From: Verrucomicrobia bacterium UBA673
GTDB lineage: Bacteria > Verrucomicrobiota > Verrucomicrobiia > Limisphaerales > UBA1096
Assembly (NCBI GenBank): GCA_002299785.1
Contig: DBNL01000070.1
Location: forward strand, 1-57,832
Reading direction: 5' to 3'
Length of the DNA stretch: 57,832 nt
The notes below the pieces were generated by a model. The model saw only the letters and a list, made by a program, of their open reading frames with translations, made no database searches and was not told the DNA's origin. The first letter of the stretch is position 1. Each line of letters starts with the position of its first letter. The translations under genes were made by a program, and so were the position numbers. Positions 39,423 through 50,280 of this stretch are shown one piece after another.

Positions 39423-40000
39423 TATGGTTTCAGGTAGTCTGAGAGGTGGGCTTGCAGTTGTTTTCGGGCGTAGTGCAGGCGGGTGCGGACGGTGTTGGTG
39501 TTGCAGTCCATGATTTCGCCGATCTGTTCGTGTGGTACTCCCTGCACGTCGTGCAGCGTGACCACTAGTCTGTGGTTTGAAGACAGCTTTTGCATAGCGG
39601 CGTTCAATATTCCCTGTAGTTCGTGTCGGTCGACGTTCTGGTGTGGGGTGTCTTTTGAGACCAAACCAAGCAGTTCCTCGCCCCGGTCCCATTCCTCATC
39701 CATTTGGTTAATGCTCAGAATAACGCGCCGGCGTTTCGATCGAATGAAGTTGATGGTGTTATTGACGGCGATCCTGTAGAGCCAGGTGAAGAAGGACGAG
39801 TCGCCCTTGAATTTGTCGATCTTGCGGAAGGCCTTGATGAAGGTTTCCTGCGCCAAGTCAGCGGCGTCCTCGTGGTTTGAGGTCATGTGGTAGACCGTGG
39901 CGTAGATGCGTTCCTGATACTGGCGAACAAGAGCGTCGCAAGCCTCCATATCCCCTTTTCGGGCGCGGCTTACTAACTCCTTCTCATTCCATTCCGGCAT
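39422..40000 (-). CDS. ECF-type RNA polymerase sigma-70 family factor
   Basis: Region 2 (DLAQETFIKAFRKIDKF...FFTWLYRIAVNNTINFIR) and region 4 (VVTLHDVQGVPHEQIGEIMDCNTNTVRTRLHYARKQL). The Met at 40000 avoids overlapping the upstream gene. Confidence 0.85.
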   Translation of the reverse strand: MPEWNEKELVSRARKGDMEACDALVRQYQERIYATVYHMTSNHEDAADLAQETFIKAFRKIDKFKGDSSFFTWLYRIAVNNTINFIRSKRRRVILSINQMDEEWDRGEELLGLVSKDTPHQNVDRHELQGILNAAMQKLSSNHRLVVTLHDVQGVPHEQIGEIMDCNTNTVRTRLHYARKQLQAHLSDYLKP

Positions 40001-40065
40001 GGTCACGCCACCTTTTGCCGGGGAAATGAAGGAAGGGGATTCCAGCATTTGTACTGACCCGGTAC

Positions 40066-41112
40066 TCAACAAACACCCAGTCTGGCCGATTGTTGCGCCA
40101 AAAACAGGGTCAATTCCTTGAGGGCACCGCGGTGACCGGACTCCCGAAGCTCGGCTAGTACGTCGCGGGCATCAGCCAGGACTGCCTCCAATCTGGACTG
40201 GGATTGTTCGAGTGTATTAAACTCCGCCAGCCAGCCGCGCAAAACATTCAATTGGCCGTCATCCCACTTCTCGATCATCCGTCCAAGCTGTACGGCGATC
40301 TCGGGGTCGGCTTGCTCGCAAAGAAGAATCACCGGTAGCGTCGCCTTGCCGCTAGCGATGTCGGTTCCGAGCGACTTGCCAACCTCAGCCTCGGAGCCGA
40401 ACAAGTCTAGGCAGTCGTCGTAAACCTGATAGGCCGTGCCCAGCGCCATGCCGTACTCGCGCAGCGCCCGAGTCTCCCGAGGTTCAGCCCCGGCGAGCGA
40501 GGCGCCCAACTCGCAGGCGAGAGCAAACAACTCGCCTGTCTTCATCTGGAGCGTATTGAGATATTCTACCTGGTCAAGATGCAGGTTGCCCCGTTGGTGG
40601 CTTTGGATAATCTCGCCGGAGCAGACCGTTCGGGTGGCGGTGGAGACGGCGCGGCAGACATCCGTGGTCGGGAACTCCGCAGCCAGCCTCAACGCGTTCG
40701 CGAACAGGCAGTCGCCGACGAGCACCGCCGTGGTGTTGTCCCACTTGCTGGCTAGCGTCGGGCGATTGCGACGTAACTCTGTCCCATCCATGATGTCGTC
40801 GTGTAGCAGCGTGGCCAGGTGCACCATCTCGATGATTACCGCAACCTTGATGACAGAGTCGTTCCAGCCTCCGACACAATTCGCCGCCAAGCCGGTCAGC
40901 GTGGCGCGAAGCTGCTTGCCCTGGTTAGCCAGCGCGTACTCGGCGTACGGCGCGATCTCGGGATTGAAGGCCGCAACCTGCCCGGCCAACTCCTGCTGCA
41001 CCTCGTCGAGGAACGGCGCCACCGACATGACGATCTCCGGCCATTCGGCAGTTATCTCTTGTGTGATGGGGGCGTCCGGAAGCGGGGACGTTTGGGTTCC
41101 GGCTGTTAACAT
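40066..41112 (-). CDS. Polyprenyl diphosphate synthase (IspB-like, long-chain trans-prenyltransferase)
   Basis: First and second Asp-rich motifs LLHDDIMD and YQVYDDCLD. Confidence 0.85.
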   Translation of the reverse strand: MLTAGTQTSPLPDAPITQEITAEWPEIVMSVAPFLDEVQQELAGQVAAFNPEIAPYAEYALANQGKQLRATLTGLAANCVGGWNDSVIKVAVIIEMVHLATLLHDDIMDGTELRRNRPTLASKWDNTTAVLVGDCLFANALRLAAEFPTTDVCRAVSTATRTVCSGEIIQSHQRGNLHLDQVEYLNTLQMKTGELFALACELGASLAGAEPRETRALREYGMALGTAYQVYDDCLDLFGSEAEVGKSLGTDIASGKATLPVILLCEQADPEIAVQLGRMIEKWDDGQLNVLRGWLAEFNTLEQSQSRLEAVLADARDVLAELRESGHRGALKELTLFLAQQSARLGVC

Positions 41113-41146
41113 TCCTGAGAAAATCTACCAACTTGCTACCGCCGAG

Positions 41147-41641
41147 TCAATTGCCGCCCGCCTGGCAAAGTCGGCGGTAATGGATGACGTCGAAATCACC
41201 CGACTCACGGAGAGTCTCCCCGGCGTCGAACATTGGCTCGAACTTCGGGAAAAAAGCGTCTCCCTCCACCTCGCGCTTCACCACGGAGAGGTACAAATCG
41301 GAACATTGATCAAGCAACTGAGCATAAACTTGCGCGCCGCCGCAGATGAAAATTGTCCGGTCGCCGAGATCGCCTGCTTTGCCAAGCGCATCGAGACTGC
41401 CGACTGTGCGTACACCGGCGATCGGTTCGCCACTCCCCGTCAGCACAATCGTCTCGCGGCCCGGCAACGGGCGGCCGATCGACTCGAACGTCCTGCGTCC
41501 CATCACTAGTACGTGGCCCATCGTCGTCTTCTTGAACCACTCGAAGTCCTCCGGCAAATTCCAGGGGATACTGTTGCCACGACCGATCACCCGGTTCAAC
41601 GACATGGCTGCGATGGCTTTGAAGGGCATGGGGGTCATCAT
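41147..41641 (-). CDS. folA: Dihydrofolate reductase
   Basis: IAAMSLNRVIGRGNSIPW and VLVMGRRTFESIG motifs. Immediately downstream of thyA. Confidence 0.85.
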   Translation of the reverse strand: MMTPMPFKAIAAMSLNRVIGRGNSIPWNLPEDFEWFKKTTMGHVLVMGRRTFESIGRPLPGRETIVLTGSGEPIAGVRTVGSLDALGKAGDLGDRTIFICGGAQVYAQLLDQCSDLYLSVVKREVEGDAFFPKFEPMFDAGETLRESGDFDVIHYRRLCQAGGN

Positions 41642-42436
41642 TCAAACCGCGATGGGCGCCTTGATCGATGGATGAGGATTGTAATGTTTCAACTCGAAGT
41701 CGTCGTAGCGGAACGAGTAAATGTCTCCCACGTCCGGGTTGAGCGTCATCCGAGGCAGCGGCCTTGGCTCGCGCGCCAGTTGCAGCTTGGCCTGATCGAG
41801 ATGATTCGAGTACAGGTGCAGGTCTCCGAACGTGTGAATGAACTCGCCCGGCTTCAGTCCGCAAACCTGTGCCACCATCAGCAGCAACAGCGAGTACGAC
41901 GCGATGTTGAAAGGCACACCGAGAAACAGATCCGCGCTGCGTTGATACAACTGGCAACTCAACACGCCGTCGCACACATTGAACTGCACCAGTGCATGGC
42001 AAGGCGTCAGCGCCATCTGGTCGAGTTCGCCGGCGTTCCACGCACTGATAATGTGCCGCCGGCTATTCGGGTTTTTTTTCAGCCCGTCGATCAGTCGATC
42101 AACCTGATTCACCGAGCTTCCATCCGGTGCCCGCCAGTCGCACCACTGCGCACCGTATACCCGGCCAAGATCGCCATTCTCGCCCGCCCACTCGTCCCAA
42201 ATCGTCACCCCGTTGTCATTGAGATATTTGATATTCGTGTCGCCCTTTAGGAACCACAGCAACTCGTGGATGATCGAGCGCAAATGCAGCTTTTTCGTCG
42301 TGAGCACAGGGAAATTTTCACCGACCGGAAAACGTGCCTGCGCCCCAAACACTGACAACGTGCCGGTGCCGGTGCGGTCGCCCTTGGCTCTGCCTTCAGC
42401 TAAAACTAGGCGCAAAAGATCAAGATACTGAACCAT
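41642..42436 (-). CDS. thyA: Thymidylate synthase (ThyA type)
   Basis: [15 protein letters not shown]...RTGTGT and the active-site PCH in [10 protein letters not shown]. 264 aa from the Met at 42436. The upstream 119 codons of the ORF are Arg/Pro-rich read-through inside lpxB. Confidence 0.95.
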   Translation of the reverse strand: MVQYLDLLRLVLAEGRAKGDRTGTGTLSVFGAQARFPVGENFPVLTTKKLHLRSIIHELLWFLKGDTNIKYLNDNGVTIWDEWAGENGDLGRVYGAQWCDWRAPDGSSVNQVDRLIDGLKKNPNSRRHIISAWNAGELDQMALTPCHALVQFNVCDGVLSCQLYQRSADLFLGVPFNIASYSLLLLMVAQVCGLKPGEFIHTFGDLHLYSNHLDQAKLQLAREPRPLPRMTLNPDVGDIYSFRYDDFELKHYNPHPSIKAPIAV

Positions 42437-42483
42437 ACGCGAGCAATGTAAACCACCCCCGCCCACCCGGTCGAGAGCGGTGG

Positions 42484-43668
42484 TCAATCTAGGGTGCAGA
42501 GAACGGCTTGGGCGGCTCGAGTAGCGGCTCCGCTTGGGCCGAGTTTGGCTGCGACGAGGCTGAGTCCGCCGAGGATGCGGGTGCGTTCGCCCTTGTCCTG
42601 CAGCAGGCGCAGGCTTGCCTTGGCGAGGTTGTCGGCGTTGGCCTCCGACTGAAGGAACTCGGGAAAGAGTTCCTCGCCGGCGAGCAGATTGGGCATGGCG
42701 AGGTACGGCACTTTCAGGAACATTCGGCCAAGTGAGTAGGTCAGCGGGCTGGTCTTGTATAGCACGACTGTGGGCACCCGGAACCAGGCGCACTCCATCG
42801 TGACCGTGCCGGAGGAGGCGATCGCTAGGCTCGCCTGGCCAAGCGCGTTGGCTAGGCCGCCAATCTGCATGTCGATTTCGGTGCCGGTCGGGATGTGTCG
42901 CTTGGCCAACTCGTGCATCTCGCGGTTCGGCAGCACCATGCGGAGGCGTGTCTTTATTTTCTCTGAAAAAATCACAGCCGCCTCGAGCATAACCGGCAGG
43001 TGCTTGTCGACCTCGCGGCGGCGGCTGCCGGGCAGCAGTAGCACGGTTGGCTGCTCGGTGAACAGGTCAGGGTCGAGCGGTACAGATTTTTCGCCCGGCT
43101 TGGACAGGGGGAAACGATCGACGAGCGGATGGCCGACGAACTCGACCGGGAATCCCGGCACGCGCTCTGCGTACCAGTCTTTCTCGAAGGGGAAGATGGA
43201 GAGCATAAGGTCAATGTCGTTGGCGATCTGGTGCACGCGGCCTTCCTTCCATGCCCAGAGTTGTGGCGACACGTAACAGATGATCTTCGGCTGCCACTCC
43301 CGGAACGCACCGCCGCCCTCTGCGTTGTATCGGCGGATGGCTTTGGCGAAGCGCAGGTTGAAACCGGGATAGTCGATCAGCACGATAATATCCGGTTCAC
43401 GTCGAGTCGCCAACTCGAGCAGATGGCGGAACAGGCGCCGAAATTTGAAGTAGTTTTTGAGCACCTCCCAGATGCCGACCACGGCGTGCTCACTCAGATC
43501 GAACTCCGGTCGTAGCGCGGCCGCCTCCATTTGCGGGCCGCCCGCGCCGATGAAGTCGATCTCCTCGCCGCCCGGTTCGTCGCGCATGGCTTTTATCAGC
43601 TCCGCACCGAGCGTGTCGCCGCTGGCTTCGCCGGCAATCAGCAGGACGGTTTTGCGTCCGTTACTCAT
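42484..43668 (-). CDS. lpxB: Lipid-A-disaccharide synthase
   Basis: N-terminal [10 protein letters not shown] and overall LpxB-like GT-B sequence. The ATG overlaps the stop of the upstream enolase-superfamily gene. Confidence 0.85.
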   Translation of the reverse strand: MSNGRKTVLLIAGEASGDTLGAELIKAMRDEPGGEEIDFIGAGGPQMEAAALRPEFDLSEHAVVGIWEVLKNYFKFRRLFRHLLELATRREPDIIVLIDYPGFNLRFAKAIRRYNAEGGGAFREWQPKIICYVSPQLWAWKEGRVHQIANDIDLMLSIFPFEKDWYAERVPGFPVEFVGHPLVDRFPLSKPGEKSVPLDPDLFTEQPTVLLLPGSRRREVDKHLPVMLEAAVIFSEKIKTRLRMVLPNREMHELAKRHIPTGTEIDMQIGGLANALGQASLAIASSGTVTMECAWFRVPTVVLYKTSPLTYSLGRMFLKVPYLAMPNLLAGEELFPEFLQSEANADNLAKASLRLLQDKGERTRILGGLSLVAAKLGPSGAATRAAQAVLCTLD

Positions 43669-45080
43669 TAGCCTTCTCCGAAAGCAGCTGCAGGTTCCGG
43701 CAGGTCACGGTCGATTTCCTTCAGCCGATAGCCTAAGCCCGGCCCGGTGAGCGTGCTCAAATCGAGCCGACCTTCGCGCCGCCGATAAATTCCACAGTGC
43801 ACCATGGCCTCTGCCGCTGAGGCTTCCGGGTAAAATTGCATACTGTTCGTCTCTACTCCCATGATCGTGCCGACTCGCGCCGCCAATTGCACGTGCGGAA
43901 TCTGCGCCAGCATTGGATTGGTCAAGTCCTGCACCATCAGTTTCATGCCGTGAGCCTTGGCCCAGCAGGCGCTTAGGATCGCGCCGGTCTGCGTCTTGCA
44001 GGTCTTGAGAGCGACACCGGTCCATCCAAGTTCGCGCCCTAGCCGGATCAGTTTCCAGTCGTGCGCGCTCTCGTCAAGAAACAGCGGCTTGCGGGCGGAG
44101 ACACTGTGCACGTCGATACGGTGTTTCTCGAGCTCGTACGGGAACGGTTGCTCGACATAGAGGATCATGCTGTAAAGCTGCGGCTGCTCGATGGCGAGCC
44201 GGTCGAGAATCTCGTTCACATATGCGGGATCAGAGACGGTGCAGTTGAAATCTGCGGTTAGCCAGAGGGCTCCATGCTTGGCGGCGATCGCACCGACCTT
44301 GGCCAGGCGGTCGAAATCCCACTCGGTGTTATTGCCTCGTAGCTTGACCTTGAGGCATGTGAGACCGTCGGTGCGTATCCAATCGGCGAGCAACACCGGA
44401 TAGCCGTCGTCCGGCTCGTCGCCGGTCAATTCGCTTTCGTCGAGTGGGTCAAGCCCGCCGACGAGGTGCCACGCCGGCATCGTCTTCGGCGGGTCACCGG
44501 CGAGAAACTCGTGAGGGAACCGACCGGCGAAGTTGATGTCTGAGCCGATAGCCGGCTCTAGGAACTGGCTAAGGTCGCGGCTGAGAAACTCGGGGGAGTA
44601 GGTCTCGTAAGTCGGCCTGCTAAGTGATTGGCCAAGAGCATCGTGCAGCGCGATGTCGAAGAGCGAACAACATACGAGAGCAGCGAGCCACGGTACAGGT
44701 TCTCCGGCTGGGCTTTTGGCGTTGAATTCGTCGAGCAGCTTGGGCAGTTCGTTTTGCTGGAAGTCGTGGCCCAGTTCCAGTGAATGGCCCGGGGCGTCGA
44801 ATGCCGCCCATGCTTTTGTCAGTCGGATGCAAAAATTCTTCAGAGCTTGATGGCGCGGCTCGTAGGGTAGGGCGCTTGGCCAAACCCACTGGACGCTGAG
44901 TGGTGTCTCGCCCCAACCGGTGGCAGTGCCGCCGTTGGCCAGTCGGACGGTGAGGCGCGCGCGGGCGCAGGTAACGTGCGTGAGCGTCTCGGGGCCGAAC
45001 TTGAGCGGCACGCGGGTCTCGACCGGCAGGAAAAACAGCTCGGCGGCGGCGGCGCGGATGTCCGTCGGCTTGTCCATCAA
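43668..45080 (-). CDS. Enolase-superfamily protein (MLE/dipeptide-epimerase-like KxK subgroup), unusually long at 470 aa
   Basis: Capping-domain pattern (FDIALHDALGQSLSRPTYE), KxK in LKVKL, metal ligands in TADFN, YVEQP and FLDES, and a second catalytic Lys in LKTCKTQ. Confidence 0.7.
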   Translation of the reverse strand: MMDKPTDIRAAAAELFFLPVETRVPLKFGPETLTHVTCARARLTVRLANGGTATGWGETPLSVQWVWPSALPYEPRHQALKNFCIRLTKAWAAFDAPGHSLELGHDFQQNELPKLLDEFNAKSPAGEPVPWLAALVCCSLFDIALHDALGQSLSRPTYETYSPEFLSRDLSQFLEPAIGSDINFAGRFPHEFLAGDPPKTMPAWHLVGGLDPLDESELTGDEPDDGYPVLLADWIRTDGLTCLKVKLRGNNTEWDFDRLAKVGAIAAKHGALWLTADFNCTVSDPAYVNEILDRLAIEQPQLYSMILYVEQPFPYELEKHRIDVHSVSARKPLFLDESAHDWKLIRLGRELGWTGVALKTCKTQTGAILSACWAKAHGMKLMVQDLTNPMLAQIPHVQLAARVGTIMGVETNSMQFYPEASAAEAMVHCGIYRRREGRLDLSTLTGPGLGYRLKEIDRDLPEPAAAFGEG

Positions 45081-46060
45081 CGGCGATTGGGGCCAATGGT
45101 AGGCCTGAGTTTCGTGGGTTTGCCGTCGTCCTTATTTTTGTCGGCCCAGAGAATGCTCCAGAGGCCGCCGCGATTTAGCTTAACGCTGACATCGACGAGG
45201 TTGCTCGAGAGCATTGAAAAGTTGCTGGCCAGTTCCTCGTCACTAAACAGTTTGCCGGCGAGTCCCTTGCCCTGTTCGGCGGCGGCGACGAGGTTGCGGA
45301 GTGACTCGGTGGTTGCCTTGATGTTAGTCAGCGACTCGTCGATAACGACGCTATTGGAGGCAACGAGATTTTGTATATCGCCGCCGGCGTCCTTGAGTTG
45401 CTCGGAAAATGTGACGACGTTTTCTATGGCGGCGTTAATGGGCGGCGTGTTGGTAAGGATGAGTTGGTTCACACCGTCGATGGTGGCGGAGGCTTCTGCA
45501 GAAATCTCACGGAGGTTGCTCAATCCGGCGGCGAGGTTGGTGAGGGTTTGTTCATCGAGCAACTTGCTGTCGATGCGGTTGACGATGTTGGTGATCTGCG
45601 AGGCAACAGTCTTGAGTTCATCCATGAGATCAGTCGCCGAGCGGGCGGCTCGGACGAGATCGAATGATTCCTGGCAGATGACGGTCGCGCGGTTCTCGAG
45701 CGGCGGGAGCTTGTTGTCGCCGGGGATGACTCCGATGTATTTGTCGCCGAGAAAACCGGCGGTCTCTATGAAGAACTTGGCGTCGGCTCGGATCTGGTAT
45801 TCGGCCTTGATCTTGGCGTCGAGGGTGACGATGCCGGTATCTGTGTTGAGGTGGATTCCGCTGATGCTGCCGACCGGCACGCCGGCCATAAGGACTACGG
45901 AGTTTCGCTTGAGACCGTCGACGTTTTTCGTCTTGAGGTGTAGCAGTGTGGTCTCGGTGAAGGGGTTGGTGCCCTTGGAGAAGTTGATGACGAGCGCGGC
46001 AGCCACTACCAGTGAGATGGCCAGGAACAGGCCGACTTTCCATTCTTGTTTTGCTTTCAT
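45077..46060 (-). CDS. mlaD: MCE-domain protein MlaD-like with a long helical C-terminal region
   Basis: N-terminal TM helix and MCE fold signature (GLKRNSVVLMAGVPVGSISGIHL). Follows mlaE-mlaF. Confidence 0.75.
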   Translation of the reverse strand: MKAKQEWKVGLFLAISLVVAAALVINFSKGTNPFTETTLLHLKTKNVDGLKRNSVVLMAGVPVGSISGIHLNTDTGIVTLDAKIKAEYQIRADAKFFIETAGFLGDKYIGVIPGDNKLPPLENRATVICQESFDLVRAARSATDLMDELKTVASQITNIVNRIDSKLLDEQTLTNLAAGLSNLREISAEASATIDGVNQLILTNTPPINAAIENVVTFSEQLKDAGGDIQNLVASNSVVIDESLTNIKATTESLRNLVAAAEQGKGLAGKLFSDEELASNFSMLSSNLVDVSVKLNRGGLWSILWADKNKDDGKPTKLRPTIGPNRR

Positions 46061-46062
46061 TG

Positions 46063-46809
46063 TTAGAACTCCAAATCCTTGGGATCGGCGATCCCGTTGA
46101 CAAACTTGTGAACGACAGGGTCGGTGGAATTGAAAATATCGTCGGGTGTGCCGTTGGCGTGGATTTCGCCTTGGTGCAGCATCATCACGCGGTTGCCGAC
46201 GCGTCGCATGCTACGAGTGTCGTGTGTGACGACGATCGATGTGCATTTCAACTGGTCGCGCATCCTGATGACAAGTTGGTCGATGCTGTCGGCCACGACG
46301 GGGTCCAGTCCGGTTGTCGGCTCGTCGTAAAGGATGATCTGAGGCTTGTAAACAATAGCCCGAGCCAAGCCGACGCGTTTTTTCATGCCGCCGGATAGCT
46401 CGGCCGGTTTCTTGGCCTGAGTGCCGCCGAGGTCCACCAACTCGAGGGCGTCGGCGACGGTTGCTCGAATTTCTGACGGGGACATCGTTTGCTCGCGGTC
46501 GAGCAGAAAGCCGACGTTCTCCTCGACGTTCAGCGAGTCGAACAATGCCGCGCTCTGAAAGAGCATGCCGAATTTGCGCCGCACCTTGATGAGTTCGCGC
46601 TCGGAAAGGTCGGCGATGCTTTGGCCGTCGATCTTCACGTCGCCCTCGTCCGGCTGCACGAGCCCGATGATGTGACGAAGCAGAACACTTTTGCCGCATC
46701 CGCTGCCGCCGATGATGACGACAGATTCTCCCTCTTGAATTGTCAGGCTAACTCCGCGCAACACCTGTTGATGTCCGAAGCTCTTGTGCAGTTTTGAGAC
46801 CTCGATCAT
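46063..46809 (-). CDS. mlaF: ABC transporter ATP-binding protein MlaF-like
   Basis: Walker A GGSGCGKS, signature LSGGMKKRVGLARA, and Walker B ILYDEPTTGLD. Confidence 0.85.
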   Translation of the reverse strand: MIEVSKLHKSFGHQQVLRGVSLTIQEGESVVIIGGSGCGKSVLLRHIIGLVQPDEGDVKIDGQSIADLSERELIKVRRKFGMLFQSAALFDSLNVEENVGFLLDREQTMSPSEIRATVADALELVDLGGTQAKKPAELSGGMKKRVGLARAIVYKPQIILYDEPTTGLDPVVADSIDQLVIRMRDQLKCTSIVVTHDTRSMRRVGNRVMMLHQGEIHANGTPDDIFNSTDPVVHKFVNGIADPKDLEF

Positions 46810-47588
46810 TCTTGGTAAATCAAGAGGTTGTTGAGAACGAGGGTCACGAAAAAGTTGGACACGAGAATACTGATGGAGGCGGCGACCACTGCCTCGGTGG
46901 TGGCCTTGCCTACCCCCTCGGCACCCTGGCCGCAGTGCATCCCCTTATGGCAGGCGATTGTGGCAATAATGCAGGCGAAGATGAAAGCCTTGATCAGTCC
47001 CATCCAGATGTCCACTGACCCCGTGTAAAACAACATGTTGCTCCAAAGGAAAACGGGATCAAGGCCAAGCAGATATACCGCTACCAGCATACCGGAAACC
47101 ATACTTATGGCGATGGCTTCGGCAGTGAGAAGCGGCAGCGAAATGAGCATAGCCAGCAGTCTTGGCGCCACGAGGTAGTCTACGGGGCTGGTGGCCAGTG
47201 TGCGAAGGGCATCAATCTGTTCGGTCACCTTCATGGTGCCGAGTTGGGCGGCCATTGCTGCACCGACGCGGCCGGCGATCATTAGGCTCGTCAACACGGC
47301 GCCCAGCTCTCGGGCCATGGCTACAGTGACCACTGACATCACGGCGCTGTCCATCTTTACCTTGTGAAACTGGATGTAAAACTGGGCGCACATTACCATT
47401 CCGGTGAAGGCGCCGGTGAGTAGGACCACCGACTGGGATTTCACGCCGATGAAGTGGAGCTGTTCAATCAGGTCGCGGAAGCGGAATCGCTTCGCGAAAA
47501 TGGAGCGTATCGTGTCCAGGAACAGGACAGCGACGTTGCCTAGGCTGGCGAAAGCGTCCTTAAGCGGATTATCAGCTGAACGTCCCAT
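46806..47588 (-). CDS. mlaE: ABC transporter permease MlaE-like
   Basis: 260 aa with 5-6 TM helices and the MlaE/YrbE-type sequence (GVGKATTEAVV). Overlaps the mlaF start. Confidence 0.85.
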   Translation of the reverse strand: MGRSADNPLKDAFASLGNVAVLFLDTIRSIFAKRFRFRDLIEQLHFIGVKSQSVVLLTGAFTGMVMCAQFYIQFHKVKMDSAVMSVVTVAMARELGAVLTSLMIAGRVGAAMAAQLGTMKVTEQIDALRTLATSPVDYLVAPRLLAMLISLPLLTAEAIAISMVSGMLVAVYLLGLDPVFLWSNMLFYTGSVDIWMGLIKAFIFACIIATIACHKGMHCGQGAEGVGKATTEAVVAASISILVSNFFVTLVLNNLLIYQE

Positions 47589-47691
47589 GAATAGTCATGG
47601 CAGAATCTAACAATTCGCTTGGCGAAATGCGAGTCCGCAGAGTCACCTTTACGCTTGTCTAGGCGGGGTGGAAAGCAGAGTGGCGGTTGGT

Positions 47692-50196
47692 TTAGCTAGA
47701 AACCTTGGTATCTTCGCCCTTGGCTTTGGCTTTTTTCTGGGTGAAGACCAGTTTTTCATCCTTGGCGGAGATGGAAACCATTACACCTTCGCGCAGGTTG
47801 CCACGGATAATTTCCTCAGCCATCGGGTCCTCAAGGTGTTTTTCGACGGCCCGGCGCATAGGGCGTGCCCCGTAGGAGGGGTCGTAGCCCTGATTCCGCA
47901 GTAGGTCACGGGCGGACTCGTCCAACTCGAAGTGTAGGTTGCGTTGAGCAAGTCGCTTCTCGACCTTCTCAAGCTCGAGTTCAAGAATCTGGGTGAGTTC
48001 TTCCTTGCCAAGAGAGCGGAACACAACGATGTCGTCGAAACGATTGAGGAATTCCGGTCGAAAAACTTTCTTGGCCTCCTCAGTGAGATTTTCCTTCATC
48101 CGCTCGTGGTCCTGGTCGTCGTCGGGTGCGGTGAAGCCCATGGTGGCTCCCTTTTTGAGTCGCGCGGCTCCGACATTAGAGGTGAGCAGGATGATCGTAT
48201 TACGGAAGTCCACGTGCCTGCCGAAGCTGTCGGTCAGTTTGCCCTCCTCGAGAATTTGGAGGAGCATGTTCATGACGTCGGGATGGGCTTTCTCGACCTC
48301 GTCAAACAGTACGACGGAGTAGGGGTTGCGGCGCACCTTTTCGGTCAACTGGCCGCCCTCTTCGTAGCCGACGTAGCCAGGGGGTGAGCCGACAAGGCGC
48401 GAAACGTTGAACTTCTCCATGTACTCGGACATGTCGAGTTGCACGAGCGATTTACTGTCGCCGAACATGTTCTCGGCGAGACTTTTGGCTAGGAGTGTTT
48501 TGCCGACGCCGGTCGGGCCGAGCATCATGAAAGCACCGATCGGTCGGGCGGGATCCTTAAGGTCGGCACGGCTGCGGCGAAGAGCCTTGCAGAGGGTCTC
48601 GACGGCTGAACTTTGTCCAATGACAATCTTGGAAATTTCCTTTTCCATCGAGAGGAGTTTTTGCACATCGCCCTGTTCCATGCGCTTGAGAGGGATGCCG
48701 GTCCACTTGGCCACAACGAACATGATTTCATCCTCATCGACCTTGACGCGGGTGTCCTCGTTGTTTTTCTTCCACTCGGCTAGCGTGTTCTCGAGGTCCT
48801 CCTTAGCCTTCTTTTCCTCGTCGCGCATCGAGGCGGCTTCCTCGAATTTCTGCTCCTTGATGGCCTTCTCCTTTTTGATGCGGGTTTCCTCGATCGCCAA
48901 CTCGAAGTTTTTGACCTCGGGCGGACGGGTCATGGCCTTGATGCGGGCGCGCGAGCCGGCTTCGTCCATGATGTCGATCGCCTTGTCCGGCAGGAAACGC
49001 CCGGTGATGTATCGGTCGGAAAGCCTGACGGCGGCGATGACAGCAGCATCGGTCAGTTCCATTTTGTGGTGGTCCTCGTAACGCGGACGCAGTCCCTTGA
49101 GAATATCGATGGTATCATCGATGGAGGGCGGCTCGACCTTGACGGACTGGAACCGGCGCTCGAGGGCGGCGTCTTTCTCGATATATTTGCGGTATTCGTT
49201 GAGGGTGGTGGCTCCGACGCATTGCAGCTCGCCACGGCTCAGGGCAGGCTTGATAATGTTGGAGGCGTCCATCGTGCCTTCGGCGGAGCCGGCCCCGACG
49301 ATGGTGTGCAACTCATCGATGAACAGGATGACGTTTTTCGCGCGGCGAATCTCGTCCATCACGGCCTTGATGCGTTCCTCGAACTGGCCGCGGTACTTGG
49401 TTCCTGCGACCATCAGAGCGAGGTCGAGGGTGATGACACGCTTTTCGCGCAAAATTTCCGGGACGTTGCCCTTGATGACTTCCTGTGCGAGTCCCTCGAC
49501 TATGGCCGTCTTGCCAACACCGGCTTCTCCGAGTAGCACTGGGTTGTTCTTGGTGCGGCGGCAGAGCACTTGGATGACGCGCTCGATCTCCTCGGCGCGC
49601 CCGATGACTGGATCCATCTCACCTTTTTTGGCGATCTCGGTGAGGTCGCGGCCGAACGCCTTGAGTGCAGGTGTCTTTACCTGCTTCTTGTTGTCGCCGG
49701 ACTCATCTTCCTCCATGCCGGCAGCGACGCCGTCATCGCCCTCGAAGTTCGGATCCAACTCGTGCAGGATTTTCTGTCGGCAAAGGTCAATGTCGATGTC
49801 GAGAGTCTTCAGCACTCGCGCCGCGACGCCCTCTCCCTCTCTCAGTAAACCCAGCAGGATGTGCTCGGTGCCAACGTAGGTGTGGTGCAGCGCCTTGGCT
49901 TCCTTTTTAGAAAGCTCGAGCACTTTTTTAACGCGCGGGGTGTAAGGGATGTTGCCGGCCAGTTTCTGGTCCGGGCCGGTGCCGACCTGTTTCTCGACCT
50001 CGAGGCGCACAGTCTCCAAATTGAGGCCCATTTTTTGAAGGACATTGACGGCGACGCCCTGGCCTAGGTTGATCAGGCCCAACAGTAGATGCTCGGTGCC
50101 CACGAAGCTGTGGTTGAATCGGTCGGCCTCCTTCCTCGCCAGCGCCAGTACTTGCTGGGCGCGCGGGGTGAAGTTGTTCATTGGCTCGTCACTCAT
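47692..50196 (-). CDS. clpC: ATP-dependent Clp protease ATP-binding subunit ClpC
   Basis: Double Clp-N repeat, NBD1 [10 protein letters not shown], a short UVR-type middle domain ([11 protein letters not shown]), NBD2 [11 protein letters not shown], and a ClpP-docking-type tripeptide (MGF). Confidence 0.9.
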   Translation of the reverse strand: MSDEPMNNFTPRAQQVLALARKEADRFNHSFVGTEHLLLGLINLGQGVAVNVLQKMGLNLETVRLEVEKQVGTGPDQKLAGNIPYTPRVKKVLELSKKEAKALHHTYVGTEHILLGLLREGEGVAARVLKTLDIDIDLCRQKILHELDPNFEGDDGVAAGMEEDESGDNKKQVKTPALKAFGRDLTEIAKKGEMDPVIGRAEEIERVIQVLCRRTKNNPVLLGEAGVGKTAIVEGLAQEVIKGNVPEILREKRVITLDLALMVAGTKYRGQFEERIKAVMDEIRRAKNVILFIDELHTIVGAGSAEGTMDASNIIKPALSRGELQCVGATTLNEYRKYIEKDAALERRFQSVKVEPPSIDDTIDILKGLRPRYEDHHKMELTDAAVIAAVRLSDRYITGRFLPDKAIDIMDEAGSRARIKAMTRPPEVKNFELAIEETRIKKEKAIKEQKFEEAASMRDEEKKAKEDLENTLAEWKKNNEDTRVKVDEDEIMFVVAKWTGIPLKRMEQGDVQKLLSMEKEISKIVIGQSSAVETLCKALRRSRADLKDPARPIGAFMMLGPTGVGKTLLAKSLAENMFGDSKSLVQLDMSEYMEKFNVSRLVGSPPGYVGYEEGGQLTEKVRRNPYSVVLFDEVEKAHPDVMNMLLQILEEGKLTDSFGRHVDFRNTIILLTSNVGAARLKKGATMGFTAPDDDQDHERMKENLTEEAKKVFRPEFLNRFDDIVVFRSLGKEELTQILELELEKVEKRLAQRNLHFELDESARDLLRNQGYDPSYGARPMRRAVEKHLEDPMAEEIIRGNLREGVMVSISAKDEKLVFTQKKAKAKGEDTKVSS

Positions 50197-50280
50197 AAAA
50201 ATACCTGCCCACTATGGCCGTCTCGACGGTCTATGTCCAGCTTGGGCATAGCTGCCGCTGCGATTGGCCAAGCGATGGTT

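Noticed and set aside
42437-42793. N-terminal extensions of ORF-track calls: thyA to 42793, ilvE to 53137, phoH from 19153, metF from 30609, the CxxCH protein from 31423, ferritin from 56215, the anti-sigma to 39692, and HAD from 56729.
   Set aside because: The extensions overlap neighbouring genes, are compositionally odd (Arg/Pro-rich) and have no counterpart in the respective protein families. Internal starts give canonical N-termini.
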